DNA from: a virus
Taxonomy: Duplodnaviria; Caudoviricetes
IMG/VR virus record: IMGVR_UViG_3300016486_001578
Direction: 5' to 3' (one strand)
Length of the DNA: 64,000 bases
Shown here: positions 53,329 to 62,832 of the stretch, in pieces
Position numbering within the stretch: position 1 is the first letter of the stretch
Layout of the letters: every line of letters starts with the position of its first letter
Notes under the pieces: generated by a model
Database searches by the model: none
The model's input: only the letters and a program-made list of their open reading frames with translations
What the model was told of the DNA's origin: nothing
Position numbers and translations under genes: made by a program

Positions 53329-54926
53329 ACTATTGATAAATTATTCAATCCTAAATCACTATAGAATAAATTATTGGATTTTGGCAAAGATGCGTATGGC
53401 CCCTTAGTTGCCTTAGTCGGCCAGTATTCATAGTGCCACTCCTCTGTTGAAACTGTTCTAAGAAATCCAAATCTCCAACTGTTTTTGATTAACCAAGAGT
53501 ATATTTTGGGATCTAGTTTGCTATTTAGTTTACCTGTTCTAGTGCCAGTATTGAAATCAACTGCTATACCACTACCATGCTTTGATGTGCCTGCCCTTGC
53601 AGTAGCTGGGGAACATTTACCATTCTTACAGTTTTGATTATATAGTTCTTCTTGTGATTGAGCACTAACACTAACACCTGATTCTGATTTACCATCTATA
53701 TTAGGGTAGAACGCTGGTCGAAATCCAGAATTTAACCTCAAACTAACACCATCCTTTTTAGCCTCTTCTATCATATCCAAAACAGCATCGGCTATGTTAA
53801 CATTAACTGGTCTCCCATGTATTTGGCAACATCTAATAGAAGTCTTTGAGTTAGTTATGTAGCTATTTGGTATTAGATCTAACCTATGGTTTCCTTGAAC
53901 ATATGTCTCACTATTAATAATATTAGCATTGTTCTCAGTCTCAATAAATACCTCTTTGCTTGTATATTCTTGTATTTCTATTTCAGATTCTTCACGGCCA
54001 CTAAAATCCTCTTCAATGAACTCACCACTCAGTAAGTCCGAATCTTCCATATCACCAAAATCAAATCCATCAATAGTTGAATCTTTTGGTGGCTCGCCTA
54101 TATAAACTTTTATAGAAAAGTCTTCTTTTATTTTTAATACTAAATCAGATGGTATAACAACACTTATTTTTTCTTTGTTATTTTTACTCTCTTCTGGTAT
54201 CTCATTATCTAATTTATAATCTGGTAGATTTTCAGTTTCTAATGGACTAATATAATCTATCTCTTTACATGAGTAATTAATATTTTCACATAAGCTTAAT
54301 TCATAATTTGGTACTGAATATTTCCATTTCGTGATTATAGATTCTAATATTTTTAAATCTAAAATCAAGCCCGAATACTCTAAGTCTTTTTCAGATAAAT
54401 CATATTTAACTAATCCATAAGAAGTCATCATTAATTTATCATTACCATCTGGTGGTAAAATTTTAATTATTTTAGTTATGAATCCCTTTGTGCTAGTAGT
54501 CGCTCCTTTTTCTATATCCAACTCACCCCCTTCATCATCACTCCAAGATTTACCACCAACCGATGTATCACCATCATTCCAGGATATTATAACCTTAGAC
54601 CCATTATTTAAGTGATATTCGTCAAACCCATAGCTTCTTAGGATTGGCAAATTATCCTCCCAGGGGTCTTGTATTATACTAAAATTATTTCCTTGAGCTT
54701 TTTGTGTATTTAACCAAGATTCTACATATTTATTAACATCATCTAACCAAGTTTCATACCTCTTATTATATTTAAAATTTAAATCAAATTTTGTTTGTTT
54801 AGTAGCATATCCCTCATTAGATATTGTCATTATCGATATAAACCTATCTTTGCCCCTTTTTTGAATAGTTAATTTATAATTTTTTAAATTATCTATACCA
54901 AGTCTTATTGATTTTATATCTTCCAT
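53325..54926 (-). CDS. Virion protein with C-terminal peptidase M15B (VanY-like) domain
   Basis: NSGFR...Q..LY...AGTSKHGSGIAVD...WL...RFGF...EEWHYEY. Confidence 0.82.
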   Translation of the reverse strand: MEDIKSIRLGIDNLKNYKLTIQKRGKDRFISIMTISNEGYATKQTKFDLNFKYNKRYETWLDDVNKYVESWLNTQKAQGNNFSIIQDPWEDNLPILRSYGFDEYHLNNGSKVIISWNDGDTSVGGKSWSDDEGGELDIEKGATTSTKGFITKIIKILPPDGNDKLMMTSYGLVKYDLSEKDLEYSGLILDLKILESIITKWKYSVPNYELSLCENINYSCKEIDYISPLETENLPDYKLDNEIPEESKNNKEKISVVIPSDLVLKIKEDFSIKVYIGEPPKDSTIDGFDFGDMEDSDLLSGEFIEEDFSGREESEIEIQEYTSKEVFIETENNANIINSETYVQGNHRLDLIPNSYITNSKTSIRCCQIHGRPVNVNIADAVLDMIEEAKKDGVSLRLNSGFRPAFYPNIDGKSESGVSVSAQSQEELYNQNCKNGKCSPATARAGTSKHGSGIAVDFNTGTRTGKLNSKLDPKIYSWLIKNSWRFGFLRTVSTEEWHYEYWPTKATKGPYASLPKSNNLFYSDLGLNNLSIV

Positions 54927-54946
54927 TATCTATTTATAAATAAATA

Positions 54947-55447
54947 TTATATCCCACCAACAGAAAACTTACCATTAGAAATTCTAACAGGAGCTCGTGG
55001 TGTTTCTAAAACCACTGGAGGTAAAGAATAATTATTGGATTTAAATTTCTCTCTGTCTTTGTCTTTTCTTGTTGATTTGTTTGGAACAATAATCTGTTCT
55101 CTTATACTTAACTTATCTTCTTCTAAAGTTGATAAACTTATTCTAAATTCACCAAAATTGGATATATTAGGAAATTTAAGGATCATTCCTTCCTTTATAG
55201 ATAGTGGATTATCTATATTATTTATATAGAGTAATATGTCTATATTCTCTAAATAGACACCAACTTCATTTGGTTCCAAATTATAAATATCTTGAAACAA
55301 TAGGTCTACTCTCATTTCATGTTCTCTTTTTACTTTATACTCGCCCGATATTTTATCTTCTCTGTATATAAAAGATGGTGTAGTTAAGTCATATAATTCT
55401 AAATCAGAATCATATTTAACATATTCATTTATTGATTTAAAATTCAT
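54947..55447 (-). CDS. Baseplate wedge protein (T4 gp53-like)
   Basis: YKV....MRVDLL...Y.....IDILLYINNIDNPLSIKEGMIL.FP. Confidence 0.7.
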   Translation of the reverse strand: MNFKSINEYVKYDSDLELYDLTTPSFIYREDKISGEYKVKREHEMRVDLLFQDIYNLEPNEVGVYLENIDILLYINNIDNPLSIKEGMILKFPNISNFGEFRISLSTLEEDKLSIREQIIVPNKSTRKDKDREKFKSNNYSLPPVVLETPRAPVRISNGKFSVGGI

Positions 55448-55449
55448 AA

Positions 55450-57159
55450 TTATCCGTTTTCTTTGGTTGTTATTTTTATTCCATCTTTACCAACTCTAGC
55501 GTTGGATCCAGAATCACTAACAGTATTTCCAGAATCATCTCTTATATAATCCTTTATATCATCATAATATGTGTCATTATCACTAGATGTGAAGTTTGAT
55601 GTTATATAGTCCTTTCTAACATTAACAACCCTTAAATATCCTGTATTAAATTTTGCTAATATTTCTTGTAACCCAAGGTTTCTAGCATTTTTAAGTGTAA
55701 ATTCTATTGTTATATTTGATGGCAAATCATTAAAGGCTAAAGTAGGCCCCATCCTTAGAGTAAGGTTATCAGTATACATATCACCTGAGCAAAATATTGG
55801 TCTCAGTGGATTTCCGACTGTTATGTGCCAAGGAGTAGAGGGTAGACCAGATAATGAATGAGCTATACCCATTAATTCGACTCTATATTTCTCTATTGTT
55901 TTTTCTACACTCAAGACAATTTTATCAAATAAATCATTAGAATCCTTTTTTTTATCTTTTTCTTTATCTTTTTCTTCTTTTTCCTTTCTTTTTTGAGATT
56001 TCTTTCCTGCTCCCTTGTTTTCTTCACTACTACTCTCACTTGTTCCTAGTAAGGAGTTAACTATTTCATTCTTTAGATCTTTCAGTGATTCAGTTATAGA
56101 TTCTATAACTTTTGATATCAATATCTTTGTACCACCTGGTCCCGTCCATTTTTTTATATTTTCATCAAACTCTGGAGATAAGCCGTAATTATCACTATTT
56201 GAAGTACCAAAAGATAAAGCATTATTCATTATATCCATCCAAGCTATTGTTGGATCAATTCCTGATATAAACTTTTGCTCATACTCAACTTTAATTTTTA
56301 TAGATATCTTGGCCATTAGTCCAGATCCAGAGCTACCATAAGGTACTGTTTTTCTTCTCTTTGCTTCTTTTATTAAATTTGGATTACCGGACGGTAGTGG
56401 CTCATCACCATCTGGGCCTAATATCCCTAGGTTTGTCATTAATTGTCTTTGTATAACTTCCGTGAAGCCGGTCAATGGAACAACATTTAGTCCCTTACCA
56501 AGACCAGAACCCTTACCTCCAATTCCAAAATTACCACCTAGTTTATTTAAAACACTAGTAAAATCGGCATCAGCATCCTCCCATTCTTCTCCATATGTGA
56601 AGTCTATGAAATCTTCTTCTTCTGGTTTCCAAGATATTAATACCGCCAATGGTATACTACCACCTTTATCCATTATATTATCTTTTTGTGGTTCAGAAAA
56701 TCTCCTGGCTATCATTAATCTATTATTTGGATACACACCTAAATTTTTTAAGTATGCGAAATCTTGTGGCCTAAGTGATGCTTTTGGTGAAAATGATAAT
56801 TTCTCAATTATGTTAAGAACACTAGTATCATATACTTCATTACTATGTAGAGCGCTTCTATTTATGCCCTTATATTTCTCTGATCTACTTAGGCCAGTGG
56901 TTGTTTCGTCTGTTCCGGATTTTGCTATATTTGCCCAAAATTTTGGAATAGAACCACCAGTAAACAATGATACAGTAGAATCTAAATTATTACCACCAAC
57001 ACTTATATTGGTGCTTTGTTCTTTTGCTGAATTATATGAATTTATATTTATATCTCTGGAATCACCACCATTAAATGTTGACATTCCAGTTGAGGTTGGT
57101 CTACTCTTAACGCCTATTAATCCCAATGGGGATCCACCCAAAACAAAAGTATTAGCCAT
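55450..57159 (-). CDS. Putative baseplate/tail protein
   Basis: YPNNRLMIARRF; STPWHITVGNPLRPIF.SGD...FNDLP; adjacent to gp53-like gene. Confidence 0.5.
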   Translation of the reverse strand: MANTFVLGGSPLGLIGVKSRPTSTGMSTFNGGDSRDININSYNSAKEQSTNISVGGNNLDSTVSLFTGGSIPKFWANIAKSGTDETTTGLSRSEKYKGINRSALHSNEVYDTSVLNIIEKLSFSPKASLRPQDFAYLKNLGVYPNNRLMIARRFSEPQKDNIMDKGGSIPLAVLISWKPEEEDFIDFTYGEEWEDADADFTSVLNKLGGNFGIGGKGSGLGKGLNVVPLTGFTEVIQRQLMTNLGILGPDGDEPLPSGNPNLIKEAKRRKTVPYGSSGSGLMAKISIKIKVEYEQKFISGIDPTIAWMDIMNNALSFGTSNSDNYGLSPEFDENIKKWTGPGGTKILISKVIESITESLKDLKNEIVNSLLGTSESSSEENKGAGKKSQKRKEKEEKDKEKDKKKDSNDLFDKIVLSVEKTIEKYRVELMGIAHSLSGLPSTPWHITVGNPLRPIFCSGDMYTDNLTLRMGPTLAFNDLPSNITIEFTLKNARNLGLQEILAKFNTGYLRVVNVRKDYITSNFTSSDNDTYYDDIKDYIRDDSGNTVSDSGSNARVGKDGIKITTKENG

Positions 57160-57213
57160 AGTATTTTTTGATATTTAATTATATATTAAAGGCACTACAA
57201 TACCTATGTTTGT

Positions 57214-57603
57214 TTAGTAATCTCTTATTATTTGTGATGCTGAAAATTTAGATAAATTTGATAAAACATTTGTTACTATATCAGGATTCTTTCTGAATTC
57301 GTTATAAAAAATCAATACATTGAAATTATTATCACCGAGTATTTTTTTGATATTTAATAGTTTTTCTATTGAGAAGTCATTATCAAAATCAGGCAAATAA
57401 TATATATCCTTCTCTTTTTCTATTGCTTGTTGGATTTTATTAAATATTAGTATTTTTAGATATGTTTTATCATTATTAAAATCCACATCCTCATCATCAA
57501 CTATTCGTCTTATATCGATGATGTATTTATTTTTTACTTTGTTTACTTTGATAAATTTATCAAATTTTTTTCTTGTTTTACAATAGACACAAAAGAACTG
57601 CAT
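57214..57603 (-). CDS. Hypothetical protein
   Basis: Intact 129-aa ORF. Confidence 0.6.
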   Translation of the reverse strand: MQFFCVYCKTRKKFDKFIKVNKVKNKYIIDIRRIVDDEDVDFNNDKTYLKILIFNKIQQAIEKEKDIYYLPDFDNDFSIEKLLNIKKILGDNNFNVLIFYNEFRKNPDIVTNVLSNLSKFSASQIIRDY

Positions 57604-57741
57604 TCAGGTGGTAATATTTTTTATTATATATCAAAAATATCTCCTCCCATCCTATTGCTCATCATTAATGCCTTATTAAAGATATCATCTATTTCAGTAT
57701 CTGATAAAAATTTGCAATTAACTTATTTAATATATATGTTT

Positions 57742-59127
57742 ATGAGGACATATTCGGATAAATTTTTAAATGAAAATGAAAAATTAAGAGACGCTGTTGT
57801 TGGAATAGAATTTGAGTTTTACACAAAGGATATTTCATATTATAAAACAATGGAAATATTAAATGATTATTTATACCCAGTAAAGGTTTGGGGATTTAGG
57901 CAATATCACTCAGATTTTAAACCAGATTCTAATAACTTCAAAATAGAGCCTGATTTATCTGGTGGTTCTAATATGGTTGAATTAGTAACGGGACCTTTGG
58001 ATTATTTAGATGCTAAATTTTATTTGATAAAAATAATGAAATTTATACAAGAGAATGGATATACAACAGATAAATGCTCGATACACTTTAATGTATCTTT
58101 CAAATCAGAAGATATGGACTTAAATAATATGAATATACTAAAGTTGATATTAGGCTTAGATGAGGACGAAATATATCAAGCTTATCCATCTAGAAAAAAT
58201 AATGTTTATGCTAAATCTATAAAACAAATAATACCATTTAAAGAATATGATTTTTTTAATATACCCATTTCTGTAGTTAAGAATAATATTAGACTACCGG
58301 ATGATAAATATTATGGAGTAAATTTTTTAAATATAACAAATCTAAGAAAAGATCAAAGGGTTGAATTTAGATATATTGGTGGGAAAGATTATGAGAAGAA
58401 CTTAGGACAAATAATTTATTTCATGGAGAAGTTTATAATTGATGTTAGTGATTCTATACAAAATGATTTTAATACAGATGATTTAGAGAAACTAAAGACA
58501 TATTTAGAAGATAACATAAGAGATTATAAGTCATTATCAAAATATGATAATTTTATAATTGAGTTTCCAAGTATAAATATACAAATAGATAAGGATGGTA
58601 GTTATGAGATGGTATCATCATATTATTATAAAATATATCAAAAAATATATGATATAGTTAACTCTACCGAAGATATAAAAGATTGTATAATAAACTACAC
58701 AACAGACACACAAGCAATAGAAATTGTTGATGCTGATATAAAAGGAGCAACAACAATAAAGGGCATAGAATTAATACACTGTAATGTAGAGGGTATATTT
58801 CTTGATTGTTTCTTTGTTGGGTGTGATGTTACAAATTCACAATTAACCAAATGTAAGTTTAATAATTCAGAAGCAATAAATTCAAAATTCTTAAATTGTA
58901 GTGTAGAATCTTCATTATTAATAAATTCATATTTTATGAATGGATATCTTAATGGTGATATGAATGGTGGTGTATTTAGATCTGGTAAATTGGGACCATA
59001 TGCTTCATTGGACGAGGATGTTAAGGTAGTAACCGACAATAATAATTTCTTTGATACAAAATATGATGAAGTGGATAAGGGAGATAAGGGTGATGTGTTG
59101 AAGTCTTATGGTAAGTATGCAAAATAA
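57742..59127 (+). CDS. Putative amidoligase (COOH-NH2 ligase) with C-terminal beta-helix repeats
   Basis: GIEFEF, KIEPDLS, ELVTGP, CSIHFN, KYYGVN, RVEFR; pentapeptide-like repeats. Confidence 0.75.
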   Translation: MRTYSDKFLNENEKLRDAVVGIEFEFYTKDISYYKTMEILNDYLYPVKVWGFRQYHSDFKPDSNNFKIEPDLSGGSNMVELVTGPLDYLDAKFYLIKIMKFIQENGYTTDKCSIHFNVSFKSEDMDLNNMNILKLILGLDEDEIYQAYPSRKNNVYAKSIKQIIPFKEYDFFNIPISVVKNNIRLPDDKYYGVNFLNITNLRKDQRVEFRYIGGKDYEKNLGQIIYFMEKFIIDVSDSIQNDFNTDDLEKLKTYLEDNIRDYKSLSKYDNFIIEFPSINIQIDKDGSYEMVSSYYYKIYQKIYDIVNSTEDIKDCIINYTTDTQAIEIVDADIKGATTIKGIELIHCNVEGIFLDCFFVGCDVTNSQLTKCKFNNSEAINSKFLNCSVESSLLINSYFMNGYLNGDMNGGVFRSGKLGPYASLDEDVKVVTDNNNFFDTKYDEVDKGDKGDVLKSYGKYAK

Positions 59128-59177
59128 GCCATTATTGTTGGTTTGATTTTTAATATATAATAAAAATAATAATAGAT

Positions 59178-59402
59178 ATGAAAAAATTTATAGAATATCT
59201 AAAGGAAAATAATAGTGAAGTAAAAGCGAACTTAGGTGACCTCAGAGATGAGATTTATAATGCTGAGGATGTTATAGATGGAGTTTATAATAGTGAAGAT
59301 GTAAAATATTCTGACCTAACTGATATAAATAAAAGATATAAAAAACTATTAGCTGATATGAATGAATTTATTGAAGTATTAAATAGTGAAATTAATTCAT
59401 AA
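59178..59402 (+). CDS. Small protein with capsid-targeting-like N-terminus
   Basis: MKKFIEYLKE after TAATATATA (59151). Confidence 0.6.
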   Translation: MKKFIEYLKENNSEVKANLGDLRDEIYNAEDVIDGVYNSEDVKYSDLTDINKRYKKLLADMNEFIEVLNSEINS

Positions 59403-59422
59403 AAATAATAATAATTTACAAA

Positions 59423-61309
59423 ATGAAGAAATATATAGAGTTTATAAATGAAGAAGTTGGTATGAAAAACATATCAAAATTAGCAAAATTACATAAAACT
59501 GCGGAAATTTATTTCCACAAAGATTTGGATGGAGTGACATCAGCGTTAGCTATAAAGGAATTTTTAAAAAATTATTATCAAATAGAAACAGTTGATAGCC
59601 ATGTTATACAATACGGAGGGTTAGAATATGCTATAAAAAATCACAAACCAGAAAATTTATCAGTTTTAGTTGATTTTGCACATGGTAAGCCAATGTTTCA
59701 TATACAATCTGATCACCACGATAAACAAGTTGGTGCCGAAGATACCGAATCAACATATTTTAAATCTGCTAGGTCTAATGTTGAGATTATATCAGGTGAA
59801 ATATCATATAGTGATATTTTTACAGATACTGATTTACAATTAATAAGAACAATTGACTCTGCTGATTTTTTCGCAAATGATATTAAACCAGAGGATGTAC
59901 AAAACTCTATTTTTAAATACCAAAAAGGTGATTCTGCAAAAAAGAATAGAACAATGATGGGTTTCACTGTTAATAGATTATTATTAGCATATAAAAATAA
60001 AAGAATATCACTTAAATCATTAGATGGTAAGAGAACTCATAATAATAGAAATATATTAGAGTGTTTGTTATTAGATTCGACTGCGAGTTTATATTCTATG
60101 TTTAATAACATAAGACACTACATAAACGTAGCCAAGACTACTGATAAGTTGGGTAGATTAGCTACTCCAGAAGAAATAAAAGTAAATTTATCAAATTATA
60201 TTGATAGAATGAAAAATTATAGCTTTGTTGAAGACTCATATGGAAGAACACACGAAATTAGTGGCGATGAGTTAAATGTGCTTAAAAACATAAACAATAA
60301 AAAAGAATCTGATTTACCTGGATTAGCCACAAAATTAAAATTACCATTAGAGAAAGTAAAAGAAATAATAGAAAAGTTAAAATCTAGTAAATATATTTTT
60401 TGGAGTGATAAAGGATCTAATTATTTTGTTGGAACCAACGGTGATAAAATCATACAAGGAAAGAAAGCAATAAAAGGGGTACACATGGATGATGATTATA
60501 ATATTTTAATGCAATATGGTGGAGGTAGTATGTTTAAACCAGGTTCTTATGATAGATACACACCTTTTAAAAATTACCCAGATTCAGAATTCTTGTGTAT
60601 AATATGGCCAATGGGTCTTATTCAAGTTTCTTGTAACCCATTCAAAGAAAAGGTATTAAAAGATATAAATCTAGGCGAAATGGCTAAAGAAGTTTTAGCA
60701 AAACACGAGCCTATGTTATCAAGATATTATATAGCACTAGAATCTGTTAAATATGAATTTGAGACATCACAAGATTGGAAAAAAATGAAAAAAGAAGAAG
60801 GTGAAGATTATCAAGGTGTCGGATTTAAATATTCTGATTTAGAAGCATTTTATTCTGATTGTGTTTATAAAAAAGAAGATGGTAAAATTCAAAATGTTGA
60901 TATAAATAATGACAAATTAAAGGATGCTATGAATACTATCTACGAAGATATGACATATGATCAAAAGAATTATCTAAAAGGTCTTAAAATTCCTGTTTGG
61001 GAAATAATAAAAAGAAATAGTGGTGGTCACCCATCAATAACAAATATATCTGGATTGAGCTTCTTAAAGTATAATAAACCAGTTATGAGTAGATTGTATA
61101 AAACAGAAAGTTATGTTGATGTTTTAAAAATGTTAGCAAGAGAACTTGTTGATAAACTAAAAGAAAAAATAGATGTTGTTAGATCCGGTGATAAGGTCTC
61201 ATACGATACCGCTGGTATTGAATTATTAGGAAGTGATACAAATGAATCTGTTAGTATTTCAAAAACAAAATCAAATATTATAAAATATTTTAATAAATAT
61301 GAGAATTAA
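59423..61309 (+). CDS. DHH-family phosphoesterase with capsid-targeting-like N-terminus
   Basis: MKKYIEFINEE; YFHKDLDG, VDF, SDHH, GGH. Confidence 0.78.
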   Translation: MKKYIEFINEEVGMKNISKLAKLHKTAEIYFHKDLDGVTSALAIKEFLKNYYQIETVDSHVIQYGGLEYAIKNHKPENLSVLVDFAHGKPMFHIQSDHHDKQVGAEDTESTYFKSARSNVEIISGEISYSDIFTDTDLQLIRTIDSADFFANDIKPEDVQNSIFKYQKGDSAKKNRTMMGFTVNRLLLAYKNKRISLKSLDGKRTHNNRNILECLLLDSTASLYSMFNNIRHYINVAKTTDKLGRLATPEEIKVNLSNYIDRMKNYSFVEDSYGRTHEISGDELNVLKNINNKKESDLPGLATKLKLPLEKVKEIIEKLKSSKYIFWSDKGSNYFVGTNGDKIIQGKKAIKGVHMDDDYNILMQYGGGSMFKPGSYDRYTPFKNYPDSEFLCIIWPMGLIQVSCNPFKEKVLKDINLGEMAKEVLAKHEPMLSRYYIALESVKYEFETSQDWKKMKKEEGEDYQGVGFKYSDLEAFYSDCVYKKEDGKIQNVDINNDKLKDAMNTIYEDMTYDQKNYLKGLKIPVWEIIKRNSGGHPSITNISGLSFLKYNKPVMSRLYKTESYVDVLKMLARELVDKLKEKIDVVRSGDKVSYDTAGIELLGSDTNESVSISKTKSNIIKYFNKYEN

Positions 61310-61628
61310 AAGAATAAACGAAGATTTTGAAGGAAAAGAGATTGATGAGAAATCAATAACCCATTCAAATGTAAGCGATTATAGAGGATTACCTCCGTTT
61401 GGATATGAATTTAGTTCAAGAAAACTAACTCAAAAAGCAAGGGGGTTCCTAAACGGTTATTGGACAATGACCGCCAATCTTAATGAGAAGAATCAAGAGA
61501 TATCAGAAGACTATAAACCAGGAGAATCTATCTCCGAATTTGATAGAAAGTGGAAATATAAATACATGAGTGGTCAGGCTCGGTTTCTAGGTGAACTAAA
61601 ACCATTTATTAGGAGAAAAAGATAATAT

Positions 61629-62261
61629 CTATCCAGATATTATACTAGATATTTTATCATTTCTAATTTTTGATACATCTCTAAATGATATTTTATATGA
61701 GCAATAGTCACAATCATAAATCTTATAATATATTGTATGTATATTACCATCTATAACATAAAACATATTTTGTATTACATAAACTAAAGATTGTATAGAC
61801 CTATCAGTAACATAGATATCAATCTCATTTTTATGACTAATTATATTTGGTGATTCGTATATCTTAATACCGTTTAAGTTTTTCTTTATATAAAAGTATT
61901 GAGGAAACGGTCTGTTTGTATCACTTATAGATGGTCCAAATAAATTAGAATAACTTATTTGACAAAAAACATATTTACGTCCAATATTTAATTCTTCTAC
62001 CTTTTCCAAAAATGATTTTAATATATTTGTTTCTCTATCAAAGGCCAAATCAATTAATTCTGATTTATTTATCATCTGTAAGATACTTTTTTTGTATATT
62101 CCGGATATACATTCTATTATAAATTTAGGAGATATTTGATTATTATCTATTGATTTGGATATATAATGATCTGATGATGATATTATATCACCATCATATA
62201 GATATTTAAAATTACTAAAATTACTTTCTAATGTTTTTTTATACTCATCAAAGCTTTCCAT
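61629..62261 (-). CDS. Hypothetical protein with C-terminal tag
   Basis: Ends IRNDKISSIISG. Confidence 0.6.
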   Translation of the reverse strand: MESFDEYKKTLESNFSNFKYLYDGDIISSSDHYISKSIDNNQISPKFIIECISGIYKKSILQMINKSELIDLAFDRETNILKSFLEKVEELNIGRKYVFCQISYSNLFGPSISDTNRPFPQYFYIKKNLNGIKIYESPNIISHKNEIDIYVTDRSIQSLVYVIQNMFYVIDGNIHTIYYKIYDCDYCSYKISFRDVSKIRNDKISSIISG

Positions 62262-62342
62262 AAAATTTATATGGTTTATAATATCTTAGTTTTAATTAAA
62301 CAAAATTACTTTTTATAGTATAATATAAAAACAATATAAATT

Positions 62343-62780
62343 ATGATAGAAAATGGAAAATTAGTATCAGTTCATTATACCGGCAAACTTACCGACGGTA
62401 ACGCATTTGATACATCAGAAGGAAAAGACCCACTTAAGTTTCAAGTCGGCTCTGGTCAAATTATACCAGGATTTGAAAAGGCAATTATGGGAAAAAATGT
62501 TGGTGATAAAGTAACGATAAACATATCTTCTGATGAAGACGGATATGGCCCTATTAGAGAAGATCTAATAGTAAAGGTACCTAAGGACCAAATGCCAGGA
62601 GAAGTTGTTCCAGGTCAATCTTTAGAAGCACAGGGTGATGGTGAACAATCGATCAATGTCGTAGTTAAAGAAGTAAATGAGGATCACGTAGTAGTTGATG
62701 GGAATCATCCATTGGCAGGTAAAGATTTGATATTTGAAATCGAGATAATGAAAATCGAGGAATTACAAGAAGAAAATTAA
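62343..62780 (+). CDS. slyD: FKBP-type peptidyl-prolyl isomerase (SlyD-like)
   Basis: VSVHYTGKL.DG..FDTS, GQIIPGFE, VDGNHPLAGKDL.FEIEI. Confidence 0.93.
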   Translation: MIENGKLVSVHYTGKLTDGNAFDTSEGKDPLKFQVGSGQIIPGFEKAIMGKNVGDKVTINISSDEDGYGPIREDLIVKVPKDQMPGEVVPGQSLEAQGDGEQSINVVVKEVNEDHVVVDGNHPLAGKDLIFEIEIMKIEELQEEN

Positions 62781-62797
62781 TTTTCAATTAATTTAAT

Positions 62798-62832
62798 AAA
62801 AAAAGACACTTAAAGCTAAGTGTCTTTTTTTA
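62798..62832. terminator. Bidirectional intrinsic terminator
   Basis: A7-GACACTTA-loop-TAAGTGTC-T8. Confidence 0.8.

Noticed and set aside
61629-62261. Second degenerate capsid paralog (LNGIKIYESP)
   Set aside because: Resemblance limited to one short motif; not supportable without a profile search
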